A model generated the notes under the pieces. The model was given only the letters and a program-made list of their open reading frames with translations, had not been told where the DNA came from and made no database searches. From the NCBI GenBank assembly GCA_035548175.1, contig DASZTO010000096.1:9454-73453 (forward strand): 64,000 bases of DNA, given 5' to 3'. Numbering within the stretch: position 1 is the first letter of the stretch; each line of letters opens with the position of its first letter. Both the position numbers and the translations under genes were made by a program. The stretch comes from Phycisphaerae bacterium (GTDB lineage Bacteria; Planctomycetota; Phycisphaerae; WQYP01). Below, in pieces: positions 1 through 9,235 of the stretch.

Positions 1-331
1 GGTCGGTGGTGCGCGTGATGGCGGTGACGCGGGTGTAGGTGTGGATGTGGAGGTGGAACTGGAGGACGATGGAGCGGAGGTAGGCGAGGTATTCCTCGCG
101 GGAGGCTTTTTCCTGGTGAGGGGTGATGAGGGGTACGCCGGCGATGGAGATGCGTTCGGGGGAGGAGAACCATCGGGTGGCGGGCGCCCACCACTGGATG
201 GTGGCGCCGATTTGGGCGGCGTCGAAGTGGGTGTAGCGGAGCTGCGCCTGTTTGAGCGCGACGGCGATTTCGAGGCCGAGGGGGCCGGCGCCGATGAGTG
301 CGATGTCGGTGGAGTCGGGAGGTGAGATCAT
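1..331 (-). CDS. FAD/NAD(P)-binding oxidoreductase, N-terminal fragment (gene runs off window start)
   Basis: Reverse-strand ATG (complement of 329-331) opens MISPPDSTDIALIGAGPLGLEIAVALKQ... with a GxGxxG Rossmann motif. No stop before position 1, so absent from the ORF track. Divergent from glgB. Confidence 0.5.
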   Translation of the reverse strand, partial: MISPPDSTDIALIGAGPLGLEIAVALKQAQLRYTHFDAAQIGATIQWWAPATRWFSSPERISIAGVPLITPHQEKASREEYLAYLRSIVLQFHLHIHTYTRVTAITRTTD

Positions 332-435
332 GGGAGCATGATAGGTGTGAGGCGTCAGGGAAGGCCAATGGCGTGGTGAGGGAAGCTGGAGAAATCGGAG
401 GCGGTCGCTTGAGGATGGGGACGCGGGGGCAGAGA

Positions 436-2607
436 ATGGAGGGATTGGGTTTCGCGGCGTGCGCGGGAAGTCGGCCTTGGAGTGCCCTCATGACGGACAC
501 CGTATCGAGTGGAGCTGCGGGGACGGGCGCCGGGGGGGCGGGCGGCGGTGGAGCGGCGAGCGGCAAGCCGCCGTTTGGGGGAGATGACGGCACGGGGCTG
601 GTGTTGCTGGATCCGTGGCTGGAGCCTTATGCGGCGCACCTGCGGAACCGGTATCTGCACTACAAGCATTTCCGGGCGGTTCTGGAGCAACATGGCGGGG
701 TGTCGGGGGAGATGACGACGGGGCACAAGTATTTCGGATTGAACCGGGGGGAGCGGGACGGGAAGACGGGGGTGTGGTATCGGGAGTGGGCGCCGGCGGC
801 GAAGGGGATGGCGCTGATCGGGGATTTCAACGGGTGGAACCGGGAGTCGCACAAGCTGGAGCGGGACCAGTGGGGTGTGTGGCAGTTGTTTCTGGCGGAC
901 GATGAGGCGCAGCATCGGCTGGTGCATGGCTCGCGGATCAAGGTACACGTGCATGGTGCGGACGACACGCGGATCGATCGGTTGCCGGCGTATATCAAGC
1001 GGATCGTGCAGGACCCGCCGGACTCGCCGAACTTCACGGGGATTTACTGGAATCCACCGACGCCGTACGTATTCAAGCACCAGCGTGCGGCGCGGAAGGG
1101 GGGGCTGCGGGTGTATGAGGCGCACGTGGGGATGGCGCAGGAGCAGGGGAAGGTGGGGACGTTCAAGGAATTCACGGCGAACGTTCTGCCGCGGATAGCG
1201 AGTCTGCATTACAACGCGATCCAGTTGATGGCGATCCAGGAGCATCCCTATTACGGGAGCTTCGGATACCACGTGTCGAATTTTTTCGCGGTGTCGAGCC
1301 GGTTCGGCACGGCGGAGGAGCTGAAGGAGCTGATCGACACGGCGCATTCGCTGGGGCTGGCGGTGATCATGGATCTGGTGCATTCGCACGCGGTGAAGAA
1401 CATCCATGAGGGGTTGAACCGGTTTGACGGGACGGATCACCAGTATTTCCATGCGGGAGCGCGGGGGCAGCATACGGCGTGGGATTCGCTGGTGTTTGAT
1501 TATTCGAAGTATGAGGTGCAGCGGTTCTTGCTGTCGAATGTGCGGTACTGGCTGGAGGAATTCCGGTTTGACGGGTTCCGGTTCGACGGGGTGACGAGCA
1601 TGCTGTACCTGGATCATGGCATGGGGAAGGGGTTCAGCTCGTATGACGATTATTTCACGCTGAATACGGATGGGGACGCGCTGGCGTATCTGCAGTTGGC
1701 CAATGAAGTGGCGCATGCGGTGCGGCCGGGGGTGATGACGATTGCGGAGGACGTCTCGGGGATGGTGGGGTTGGCGCGGCCGGTGAAGGAGGGGGGGCTG
1801 GGGTTCGACTACCGGCTGGCGATGGGGATACCGGATTACTGGATCAAGCTGCTGAAGGAGAAGTCGGACGATCAGTGGAATCTGAACCAGATCTACCAGA
1901 CGCTGCTGAATCGTCGGGCGCACGAGAAGCACCTGGGGTATGCGGAGTCGCACGATCAGGCGCTGGTGGGGGACAAGACGCTGGCGTTCTGGCTGATGGA
2001 CAAGGAGATGTACTTTTCCATGAGCAAGTTCACGCCGAGCTTGATCGTGGACCGGGGGATCGCGCTGCACAAGCTGATCCGGCTGATCACGTTTGCGCTG
2101 GGTGGGGAGGGGTATCTGAACTTCATGGGCAACGAGTTCGGGCATCCGGAGTGGATCGATTTTCCGCGGGTGGGGAACAACTGGTCGTATCACCATGCGC
2201 GGCGGCAGTGGTCGCTGGTGGACACGGAGCATCTGCGCTATTCGGGGCTGAACAATTTTGATCGTGCGATGCAGGTGTTGGACGAGCAGTTCGGGCTGCT
2301 GGAGGATCCGTTTATCGAGCAGTTGGCGTGTCATGAGGACACGAAGCAGCTGGTGTTCCGTCGCGGGCCGCTGGTGTTTGCGTTTAATTTTCATCCGACG
2401 GAGAGCTACGTGGGGCTGCGGATACCGGTGCCGGACGCGCGGGACTATCGGGTGGTGTTGAATTCGGATTCGCCGCAGTTTGGGGGGCAGGCGCGTGTGC
2501 CGGAGTTCGCGGTGTATCCGAAGCAGGAGGTGGGGATGTATGGCCGGGGGCAGAGCGTGCAGATGTATTTACCGAGCCGGACGGCGCAGGTGTTGGCGCC
2601 GATGTGA
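436..2607 (+). CDS. glgB: 1,4-alpha-glucan branching enzyme (GH13, eukaryote-like GH13_8 type)
   Basis: ORF 298..2607. Conserved LLDPWLEPY...YREWAP..IGDFNGWN and the GH13 catalytic core (FRFDGVTSMLY, HSHA). Start ambiguous: ATG at 415, 436 or 490. Confidence 0.88.
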   Translation: MEGLGFAACAGSRPWSALMTDTVSSGAAGTGAGGAGGGGAASGKPPFGGDDGTGLVLLDPWLEPYAAHLRNRYLHYKHFRAVLEQHGGVSGEMTTGHKYFGLNRGERDGKTGVWYREWAPAAKGMALIGDFNGWNRESHKLERDQWGVWQLFLADDEAQHRLVHGSRIKVHVHGADDTRIDRLPAYIKRIVQDPPDSPNFTGIYWNPPTPYVFKHQRAARKGGLRVYEAHVGMAQEQGKVGTFKEFTANVLPRIASLHYNAIQLMAIQEHPYYGSFGYHVSNFFAVSSRFGTAEELKELIDTAHSLGLAVIMDLVHSHAVKNIHEGLNRFDGTDHQYFHAGARGQHTAWDSLVFDYSKYEVQRFLLSNVRYWLEEFRFDGFRFDGVTSMLYLDHGMGKGFSSYDDYFTLNTDGDALAYLQLANEVAHAVRPGVMTIAEDVSGMVGLARPVKEGGLGFDYRLAMGIPDYWIKLLKEKSDDQWNLNQIYQTLLNRRAHEKHLGYAESHDQALVGDKTLAFWLMDKEMYFSMSKFTPSLIVDRGIALHKLIRLITFALGGEGYLNFMGNEFGHPEWIDFPRVGNNWSYHHARRQWSLVDTEHLRYSGLNNFDRAMQVLDEQFGLLEDPFIEQLACHEDTKQLVFRRGPLVFAFNFHPTESYVGLRIPVPDARDYRVVLNSDSPQFGGQARVPEFAVYPKQEVGMYGRGQSVQMYLPSRTAQVLAPM

Positions 2608-2675
2608 GGGCGGGGGGGGGAATTGGAAGAATTGGTTGAACTGGTCCGATTGGGGTACCGGTTCCACTGGTGAAA

Positions 2676-2705
2676 TTGGGGTGGAGCGGGTGTCGGGGCT
2701 ATAAT
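2676..2705 (+). promoter_or_regulatory. Candidate sigma70-type promoter for the TA operon (-35 TTGGGG, 18-nt spacer, -10 TATAAT)
   Basis: Perfect TATAAT at 2700-2705, 17 nt upstream of the antitoxin ATG (2723). SD-like GAGGTGG lies between them. Confidence 0.35.
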
Positions 2706-2722
2706 GGGCCCAGAGGTGGCGA

Positions 2723-2992
2723 ATGGCGATTGTGGTGGATGTTCCGGAGCCCATAGAGGCGGCGCTGCGTTTGCAGTTGGGGGACTTGTCGCTGGCGGCG
2801 AAGGAGGGGCTTGCAATCGAAGGTTATCGACGGCGGAAGATCAGCATCGGTTTTCTGGCGAAGATGCTGGGGATGGGAGTGGTGGAGGCGGAGGCATGGC
2901 TGCGGGAGCGCGGTATTCCGGCAAACTATTCGGTTGACGATTTGGAACAAGACCGTCGGACGATGGATGAGTTGTTTGGCGAGAGCGCATGA
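2723..2992 (+). CDS. UPF0175-family antitoxin
   Basis: 89 aa. Typical UPF0175 pattern: small, GYRRRKISIGFLAKMLGM..DLEQDRR. Stop overlaps the next ATG as ATGA. Confidence 0.7.
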   Translation: MAIVVDVPEPIEAALRLQLGDLSLAAKEGLAIEGYRRRKISIGFLAKMLGMGVVEAEAWLRERGIPANYSVDDLEQDRRTMDELFGESA

Positions 2993-3475
2993 TTGTTATC
3001 GCCGACACGTCGCCGATTCACTATCTGGTGCTAATTCGTCAAAGTGATGTGCTTTCGGCGCTCTTCAGTCGAATTGTGCTTCCACAAGCGGTGGCGGCAG
3101 AACTGCAGCAGGTCAAGACGCCGCCGACGGTGAGAACCTGGATGGTGTCCCCGCCAGAATGGCTGGAAGTTCGCACACCGCGAGCCGTTCAAGCGATGGG
3201 CGACCTTGGCGCCGGGGAAGCGGAAGCCATTTCCCTGGCGCTTGAGATGCGTGCGGATCTGGTTTTGGCGGACGATGCCGAGGCGCGAGAGATGGCGACA
3301 ACCCTGGGGGCTGCGCGTCATGGGAACCATCGGAGTCCTGGAGCGGGCGGCATTGCGGAATCTGGTTGATTTGGCCGACGCATTCAAAAAGTTGCGGGAC
3401 GAGACGAATTGCTGGGTCGCGCAATCTGTGATGGACGCGGCGTTGGAGCGGGTCGCGCGGCGGAGAAAAGAGTGA
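2989..3475 (+). pseudogene. DUF3368 (PIN-like) toxin, frameshifted at a G5 tract (3306-3310)
   Basis: The N-terminal half is in frame 0 (ORF 2989..3369, MIVIADTSPIHYLVLI...LADDAEAREMATTLG). The C-terminal half (LGLRVMGTIGVLERAALRNLVDLADAFKKLRDE...) continues in the +1 frame (ORF 3206..3475). Deleting one G restores a contiguous DUF3368-like protein. Confidence 0.6.
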
Positions 3476-3476
3476 G

Positions 3477-3749
3477 TCAGTGGGTCGCGGCGGGCTGGGG
3501 CCGGAGGTGGACGACCAGGGGAGCGAGGGATTGGCGCTGGCGGCGGATGCGGGCCTGGAGGGTGGCGGGGCGGGGCATGTTTTCGATGAGGCGGCAGAGG
3601 TCGGGGGTGATGGAGAGCTGGGCGCTGGGGGCATGGAGCCAGGCGTCGTGGGTTTCGATGAGGGGTCGGACGGGATGTCCTTCGGCGGGGGAGGCGTGGG
3701 CGAGCTGGGCGAAGATGTCGGCCGAGCGGGCCAGCAGGGTGTGCATCAT
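3477..3749 (-). CDS. Hypothetical small protein (90 aa)
   Basis: ORF with strong C-ending third-position bias, like other minus-strand genes in this block (prmC, HEAT). Fills the gap between the toxin and smpB. No recognisable domain. Confidence 0.35.
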   Translation of the reverse strand: MMHTLLARSADIFAQLAHASPAEGHPVRPLIETHDAWLHAPSAQLSITPDLCRLIENMPRPATLQARIRRQRQSLAPLVVHLRPQPAATH

Positions 3750-3873
3750 CGGACAGTATCGTATTCACGAAGACAGATGCAAGGAGAAAGTGGTTCGGGG
3801 CGTGGGGCGGCGCGGGGGGTAGGCATTTATGGGCGGTCGTGTCGGATGGAGGGACGGCGTATACTAGGGGCGT

Positions 3874-4410
3874 ATGAGCAAGTCAGCACGATCGCCGCAG
3901 CCATTGTCGCAGCCCGGGGGGGGGAAGGGTCAGGCGGCGGCGCCGAAGAAGCGGAAGGAGCCGGTGACGCCGCGGATACAGAATCGGCGTGCGCATTTTG
4001 ATTATCACATACTGGACCGTGTGGAGTGCGGCGTGGAGCTGGTGGGGTCGGAGGTGAAGAGCGTGCGTCGTGGGCACGTGCAGTTGGCGCAGAGTTTCGC
4101 GCGGATACAGAACGGGCAGGTGTTTTTGTACGGCTGCCACATCGACGAATACGTGGAGGCCAACCAGTTCAACCATGACGCGACGCGCGTGCGGCGGCTG
4201 TTGCTGCACCGGCGTGAAATTCGGCGGCTGACTCAGCGTTTGCAAAAGGAGCAGGGCGCGACGCTGATTCCGCTGGAGATGTACTTCAAACGCGGGTTTG
4301 CGAAGGTGCTTCTGGGGCTGGCGAAGGGGAAGAAAGCGTTCGACAAGCGGCAGGCGATCAAGGAACGGGAGGATCGGCGGAGCATGGACAAGGCGCTGCG
4401 GCGCCGGTAG
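3874..4410 (+). CDS. smpB: SsrA-binding protein SmpB
   Basis: Conserved SmpB core ([32 protein letters not shown]...) with an N-terminal basic extension. TATACT -10 box 8 nt upstream of the ATG (possibly leaderless). Confidence 0.9.
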   Translation: [178 protein letters not shown]

Positions 4411-4426
4411 GACACAAGGAGACACC

Positions 4427-4507
4427 GGAAACAAGAAACAAGAAACAAGAATCAAGGGATCAGGTCCGCGCGTCATCTTGGTTCTGCTTTCTTGCTTCTT
4501 GCTTCTT
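4427..4507. repeat. (GAAACAA)n tandem heptamer repeat plus downstream imperfect inverted arm (TTCTTGC)n in the leader of the MetE-like gene
   Basis: ggaaacaagaaacaagaaacaagaatcaagg ... cttggttctgctttcttgcttcttgcttcttc. The arms can pair (A-U/G-C with periodic A.C mismatches) and the 3' arm abuts the SD AAGGAG. Confidence 0.6.
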
Positions 4508-4530
4508 CACCCATTGCAAGGAGCGAGGAT

Positions 4531-5586
4531 ATGGCACACGACATTCTGACCACGGTGATCGGCAGCTATCCCACGCCCGACTGGCTCATCCACCATCCGA
4601 CGGAAGGGGCGCTGCGGGACGCGATGCTGGTGGTGCTCAAGACGCAGGAGATCGCGGGGATCGACCTGCTGACGGACGGGGAATTGAACCGGTACGACAT
4701 CAACCATCCCGAGACGAACGGGATGATCGATTATTTCATCCGGCCGCTGCAGAACGTGCGGGGGGATGTGACGCGGGCGGAGGAAAAGAAGTACGCGGAG
4801 CTGACGTATCTGCGGTTCCGGCACAAACCGGCGGGGGTGGTGGAGGGGCAGCTGGGCGAGGGGCGGCTGAACCTGGCGCATGATTTCGACAAGGTGCGGG
4901 AGTTGACGGCGCGGCCTCTGAAATTCACGGTGACCAGCCCGTACATGCTGGGGCGGACGCTGCTGGATAGGCATTACAAATCGAAGGAGGCGCTGGTGGC
5001 GGCGCTGGCGGATGTGCTGGCGGCGCAGCTTCGGGAGGTGGATGCGGAGGTGGTGCAGGTGTCGGAGGAGAACCTGACGGGGAATCCCGGGGATGGGCCG
5101 TGGGTTGCCGAGGCGCTGAACCGGATGTTCGCGGTGGTGCCGCGGAAGGCGGCGTTGCATTTGTGCTTTGGGAATTATGCTGGGCAGGTGGTGCAGACGG
5201 GGCATTATTCGCAGCTTGTGGATTTTCTGAATTTGCTGAACGTGGATCACGTGCTGCTGGAGCTGGCGTATCGGGGCCCGGACGAGCTGACGTTTTTGAA
5301 AGACATCAAGCCGGAGATAGGGATCGGGATCGGGGTGATCGACATCAAGTCGACGGTGGTGGAATCGCCGGACGACGTGGCGCGGGCGATCGAGCGTGCG
5401 GACCGGGTGCTGGGAGCGGGGCGTTTGAAATATGTTCACCCGGACTGCGGGTTCTGGATGCACAAGCGGTCGGTGGCGGACGCGAAGATGGCGAACATGG
5501 TGAAGGGGCGGGATTTATTTCTGGGGCAGGCCAACGGTGCGCCGCGTGAAGAGGCGGCTGCGGAGGAGCGGTACGCGGAGGCGTGA
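4531..5586 (+). CDS. MetE-like cobalamin-independent methionine synthase family protein (stand-alone catalytic-domain type)
   Basis: ORF 4492..5586 (TTG). ATG at 4531 preceded by AAGGAG. ILTTVIGSYPTPDWL... resembles the short MetE/UroD-like family (~350 aa). Confidence 0.75.
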   Translation: MAHDILTTVIGSYPTPDWLIHHPTEGALRDAMLVVLKTQEIAGIDLLTDGELNRYDINHPETNGMIDYFIRPLQNVRGDVTRAEEKKYAELTYLRFRHKPAGVVEGQLGEGRLNLAHDFDKVRELTARPLKFTVTSPYMLGRTLLDRHYKSKEALVAALADVLAAQLREVDAEVVQVSEENLTGNPGDGPWVAEALNRMFAVVPRKAALHLCFGNYAGQVVQTGHYSQLVDFLNLLNVDHVLLELAYRGPDELTFLKDIKPEIGIGIGVIDIKSTVVESPDDVARAIERADRVLGAGRLKYVHPDCGFWMHKRSVADAKMANMVKGRDLFLGQANGAPREEAAAEERYAEA

Positions 5587-5627
5587 GGATGGCGGGGCGG
5601 GGGGATGTCGGGCGCGGGCTGGAGGGG

Positions 5628-6551
5628 TCAGGGTTCGCTGGGGCGGAAGGCGATGATGCAGCGGGGGAGCTTGGCGGCGTCTTTGATGATGCGGACTTTT
5701 TCGAGCCAGCCGGCGGCTTCGAGGAGGGCGGTGAGGGCGGGACCCTGGTCGAGCTGCATTTCCATGATGAGGAGGCCTCCGGGATGGAGATGGTGGCGCG
5801 CTCCGGCGACGATGCGGCGGTGGAAGTCGAGGCCGTCGGCGCCGCCGTCGAGGGCGAGGCGTGGCTCATGGTCGCGGATACCGGGGGGCAGGCGCGGGAG
5901 GTCGTCGGAGGGGATGTAGGGGGGATTGGAGGCGATGACGTGGAAGAGGGCGGGGGCGGGCATGTGCTCGATGGCGGCAAAGAGGTCGCCCTGGAAGAAG
6001 GAGACCGGTGCGGGGGGCGTTCCACCGACGGCGTTGGCGTCGGCGTTTTTCCGCGCGAGGTCGAGGGCGGGGGCGGAGATGTCGGTGGCGACGAGTGCGG
6101 CGGTGGGCAGATGTTTGGCGAGGGCGATGGCGATGGCGCCCGAGCCGGTGCAGAGGTCGAGGATGCGCGGGGAGTTTTGGGCGGCCCAATCGGGGCGCTG
6201 GCGGGCGTGCTGGATGACGAACTCGACGAGGGTTTCGGTGTCGGGGCGGGGAATGAGGACGTCGCGGGAGACGGCGAGCTCGAGGGAAAAGAACCAGGCC
6301 TTGCCGATGAGGTAGGCGACGGGGACGTGGCTGGAGCGCTGTTTGACGAGGTCGCGGAAGGCGGCGATCTGGGCGTCGGGGGGCACGCGTTCGTACTGGG
6401 TGTAAAGGGCCATGCGGGAACAATTGAGGACGTGGGCGAGGAGCAGTTCGGCGGAGAGGCGAGGCTCGTCGATATTTTTGCGGGCGAAGAAATCGGTTGT
6501 CCATGTGAGGAGGGAACCGATGGTCCAGACTTGGGCGGGAGGGGTGGCCAT
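5628..6551 (-). CDS. prmC: Release factor glutamine methyltransferase PrmC/HemK
   Basis: C-terminal 308 aa of ORF 5628..7706. DLCTGSGAIAIALA SAM motif and the NPPY substrate motif (IASNPPYIPS). ATG is the complement of 6549-6551. Confidence 0.85.
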   Translation of the reverse strand: MATPPAQVWTIGSLLTWTTDFFARKNIDEPRLSAELLLAHVLNCSRMALYTQYERVPPDAQIAAFRDLVKQRSSHVPVAYLIGKAWFFSLELAVSRDVLIPRPDTETLVEFVIQHARQRPDWAAQNSPRILDLCTGSGAIAIALAKHLPTAALVATDISAPALDLARKNADANAVGGTPPAPVSFFQGDLFAAIEHMPAPALFHVIASNPPYIPSDDLPRLPPGIRDHEPRLALDGGADGLDFHRRIVAGARHHLHPGGLLIMEMQLDQGPALTALLEAAGWLEKVRIIKDAAKLPRCIIAFRPSEP

Positions 6552-6689
6552 GGGGGGGTTGTAACATCCGCAGAGGGAAGGTTCTACTGCGCCGGGGAGC
6601 GGCGCGGGGGAGCGGGCCTGGCGGCGTGGCGGGCGAGGTGCGGGGGAGCGGCGGCGTGGTATGATGGGGCCGATCCGAATGGGAGCGCT

Positions 6690-7451
6690 ATGAGCGACGA
6701 GCGACCGCCGACAGAAGCAGCGGGAGGGGCGGGAGGAGGGCAGCCGGGCGGCCCGGCGGAACGAGCGACGGCCGTGGCTTCGGCGGCTTCGGCGGTGCAG
6801 ACGGTGGGGGCGTCGGCGAGCGCCCCCGCGGCGCAGGCGCAGCGTCCGCCGATGTGGGGGCGGCGTTACGGATTTCTGTGCTCGTACTGTTCGTCGCGGC
6901 TGGAGGCGGTGGAATCGATGGCGGGTCAATCGGGGACATGCCCGACGTGCGGGAACACGATTCTGATACCGATTCTCAATGCGCGTGGGCAGCTGATCGA
7001 TCCGACGTCGGGGAAGATCATCAAGCAGGATCCGCATCCGGTGCACGCGTATGCGGCGGCGGGGCATAAGGCGCCGCAGATCGTTGCGATGCCCAACGGG
7101 GAGCGGCAGATCCGGTGCCCGCGCTGTCAGCGGCTGAATCCGCTGGCGATGAACAACTGCCTGGGGTGCGGGCTGCCGTTCACGATGGAGGGGACGGCGG
7201 GGGATGCGATGTCGGGGACGAACACGTGGGCGGTGGCGTCGCTGGTGCTGGGGATCGTGTCGCTGGTGGGGGGCATGTGCCTGATCGTACCGCCGGTGCT
7301 GGCGATCATTTTTGCGTTCATGGCATTGCGGACGAACACGTCGCCGTCGGGGCAATCGAGCGGGCAGGGGATGGCGATCGCGGGCCTGATCCTGGGGATT
7401 GTGGGAGCCGTGATCGGGTCGTTGATGTGGGTGAAGATGATTTCGTGAGGA
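6690..7451 (+). CDS. Zinc-ribbon (CxxC x4) plus C-terminal transmembrane (DUF4190-like) protein
   Basis: Real C-terminal part of ORF 5583..7448. CSYCSS...CPTCGN and CPRCQR...CLGCG zinc ribbons, then two TM helices. G-ending codon bias as in neighbouring + genes. Confidence 0.6.
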
Positions 7452-7479
7452 GGCGGGCGGGGCCTGGCAGGAGATCGCG

Positions 7480-8031
7480 ATGAGTGGAACGGATCGAGCG
7501 GGGGGAGCGGCGTTTGCGGGCGGAGGGGGTAGCGCGGCGCCGCTGGGTCCGGTGGCGCGCGTCGGGAACACGGCATTTGCGACGTCGGTGGCGTTGCTGC
7601 TGGTGCGGTTGTCGCTGGGGTGGGCGTTTGTGTTCCATGGGGCGCAGAAGCTGTTTGGGGCGTTTGACGGGCCGGGGATCGAGAAATTCTCGAAGTACCT
7701 GCACATGCCGGGGTTTCTGCCGGCGATCGCGTGGGCGTACGTTGCGGCGCTCGCGGAGTTTATGGGCGGCGCGCTGGTGCTGATCGGGCTGCTGACGCGA
7801 CTGGCGACGATTCCGATAATGATTGTGATGTTCGTGGCGATTGCGACGGTGACGGGGGCGAGCGGTTTTTCGGTGCCGCAGGGTTATGAGTACAACGTGG
7901 CGCTGATCGCGATGGCGGGTGCGTTGCTGATAGCGGGTCCGGGGCTGGTGTCAGTGGATGCGTTGGTGTTTCGGCGCGGGCTGTGGGCGCGGGGCGCGCA
8001 GCCGCTGGATCAACCGCTGCGGCGGGTGTGA
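7480..8031 (+). CDS. DoxX-family membrane protein
   Basis: 183 aa, four TM segments, [22 protein letters not shown] DoxX signature. AGGAG SD upstream of the ATG. Confidence 0.75.
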   Translation: MSGTDRAGGAAFAGGGGSAAPLGPVARVGNTAFATSVALLLVRLSLGWAFVFHGAQKLFGAFDGPGIEKFSKYLHMPGFLPAIAWAYVAALAEFMGGALVLIGLLTRLATIPIMIVMFVAIATVTGASGFSVPQGYEYNVALIAMAGALLIAGPGLVSVDALVFRRGLWARGAQPLDQPLRRV

Positions 8032-8128
8032 GGGGGCGGCGGGGCGGGGGAGGGGCGATTCCGGATGTTCAAACGGCGGCCCTGCCGTTATTCTTCGCAA
8101 ATCACTCCACTCTGCCGAGGACTGTGCC

Positions 8129-9166
8129 ATGAACATGCTCGCTGCCGCACCGCCGGATTCGAACACGCTGGTGTGGATCGGGATACTGATCGTGGGGGCG
8201 ATCGCGCTGGTGGTGGTGATGGTGATCGCGCAGTTTTTCAGCCTGTGGCTGCAGGCGTTCTCGGCGGGGGCGGGGGTGAGCTATTTCCAGCTGATCGGGA
8301 TGCGGTTTCGGAAGGTGGATTCGCGGCAGATCGTGACGTCGCGCATCACGGCGGTTCAGGCGGGGCTGACGGAGCTGACGACGAGCCTGCTGGAATCGCA
8401 CTATCTGGCGGGGGGTCGTGTGCCCAACGTGGTGCGGGCGATGATCGCGGCGCACCGGGCGGACATCGAGCTGCCGTGGAACCGGGCGGCGGCGATCGAT
8501 CTTGCGGGTCGCGACGTGCTGGATGCGGTGCAGACGTCGGTGAATCCGAAGGTGATCGACGTGCCCAACGCGCAGTCGGGTCGGCAGACGATCGACGGGG
8601 TGGCGAAGGACGGGATTCAGCTGAAGGTCAAGGCGCGGGTGACGGTTCGGACGAACATTCAGCAGTTGATCGGCGGCGCGACGGAAGAAACCGTGATCGC
8701 GCGCGTGGGCGAAGGCATTGTGACGTCGATCGGTTCGTCCGACACGTACAAGCATGTGATGGAGAACCCGGATGCGATCTCCAAAACCGTGCTGCACAAA
8801 GGTCTGGATGCGGGGACGGCGTTCGAGATACTGTCGATCGATATCGCGGACGTGGACGTTGGGGACAATGTGGGGGCGAAGCTGCAGGCGGACCAGGCGG
8901 AATCTGACAAGCGGCGATTCCAGGCGGAGGCGGAGAAACGGCGTGCGCTGGCGGTGGCGCAGGAGCAGGAGTTTACGGCGTTGGCGCAGCAGAATCGCGC
9001 GAAGGTGATCGAGGCCGAGGCGCAGATTCCGCTGGCGATGGCGGAAGCGTTTCGCGCGGGGCACCTGGGGATCATGGATTACTACAAGATGCGCAACATT
9101 CAGGCGGACACGGCGATGCGCGACAGCCTTGGCGCCGATCGTCCCGACCAGAGCCCGCGGGCGTGA
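8129..9166 (+). CDS. floA: Flotillin-like protein FloA (UPF0365/YqfA)
   Basis: N-terminal TM, then conserved FloA core ([28 protein letters not shown] ... [18 protein letters not shown]). ATG at 8129 inside ORF 7958..9166. Confidence 0.85.
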   Translation: MNMLAAAPPDSNTLVWIGILIVGAIALVVVMVIAQFFSLWLQAFSAGAGVSYFQLIGMRFRKVDSRQIVTSRITAVQAGLTELTTSLLESHYLAGGRVPNVVRAMIAAHRADIELPWNRAAAIDLAGRDVLDAVQTSVNPKVIDVPNAQSGRQTIDGVAKDGIQLKVKARVTVRTNIQQLIGGATEETVIARVGEGIVTSIGSSDTYKHVMENPDAISKTVLHKGLDAGTAFEILSIDIADVDVGDNVGAKLQADQAESDKRRFQAEAEKRRALAVAQEQEFTALAQQNRAKVIEAEAQIPLAMAEAFRAGHLGIMDYYKMRNIQADTAMRDSLGADRPDQSPRA

Positions 9167-9235
9167 GCGGGGGAGGAGACAACTTTCTTCGCCTTGCCGC
9201 GTGTGGCCCTGTAGAGGGTTGCCGGAGGGAAGGCG

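Noticed and set aside
355-2394. 679-aa minus-strand ORF covering glgB
   Set aside because: Antisense shadow ORF of the well-supported glgB gene. Arg/Pro/His-rich, low-complexity translation typical of GC-rich antisense frames.
5583-7448. 621-aa plus-strand ORF
   Set aside because: Its N-terminal two-thirds is the G-rich antisense of prmC (Gly/Glu/Asp-rich nonsense). Only the C-terminal 253 aa (6690-7451) form a plausible zinc-ribbon/TM protein, annotated separately.
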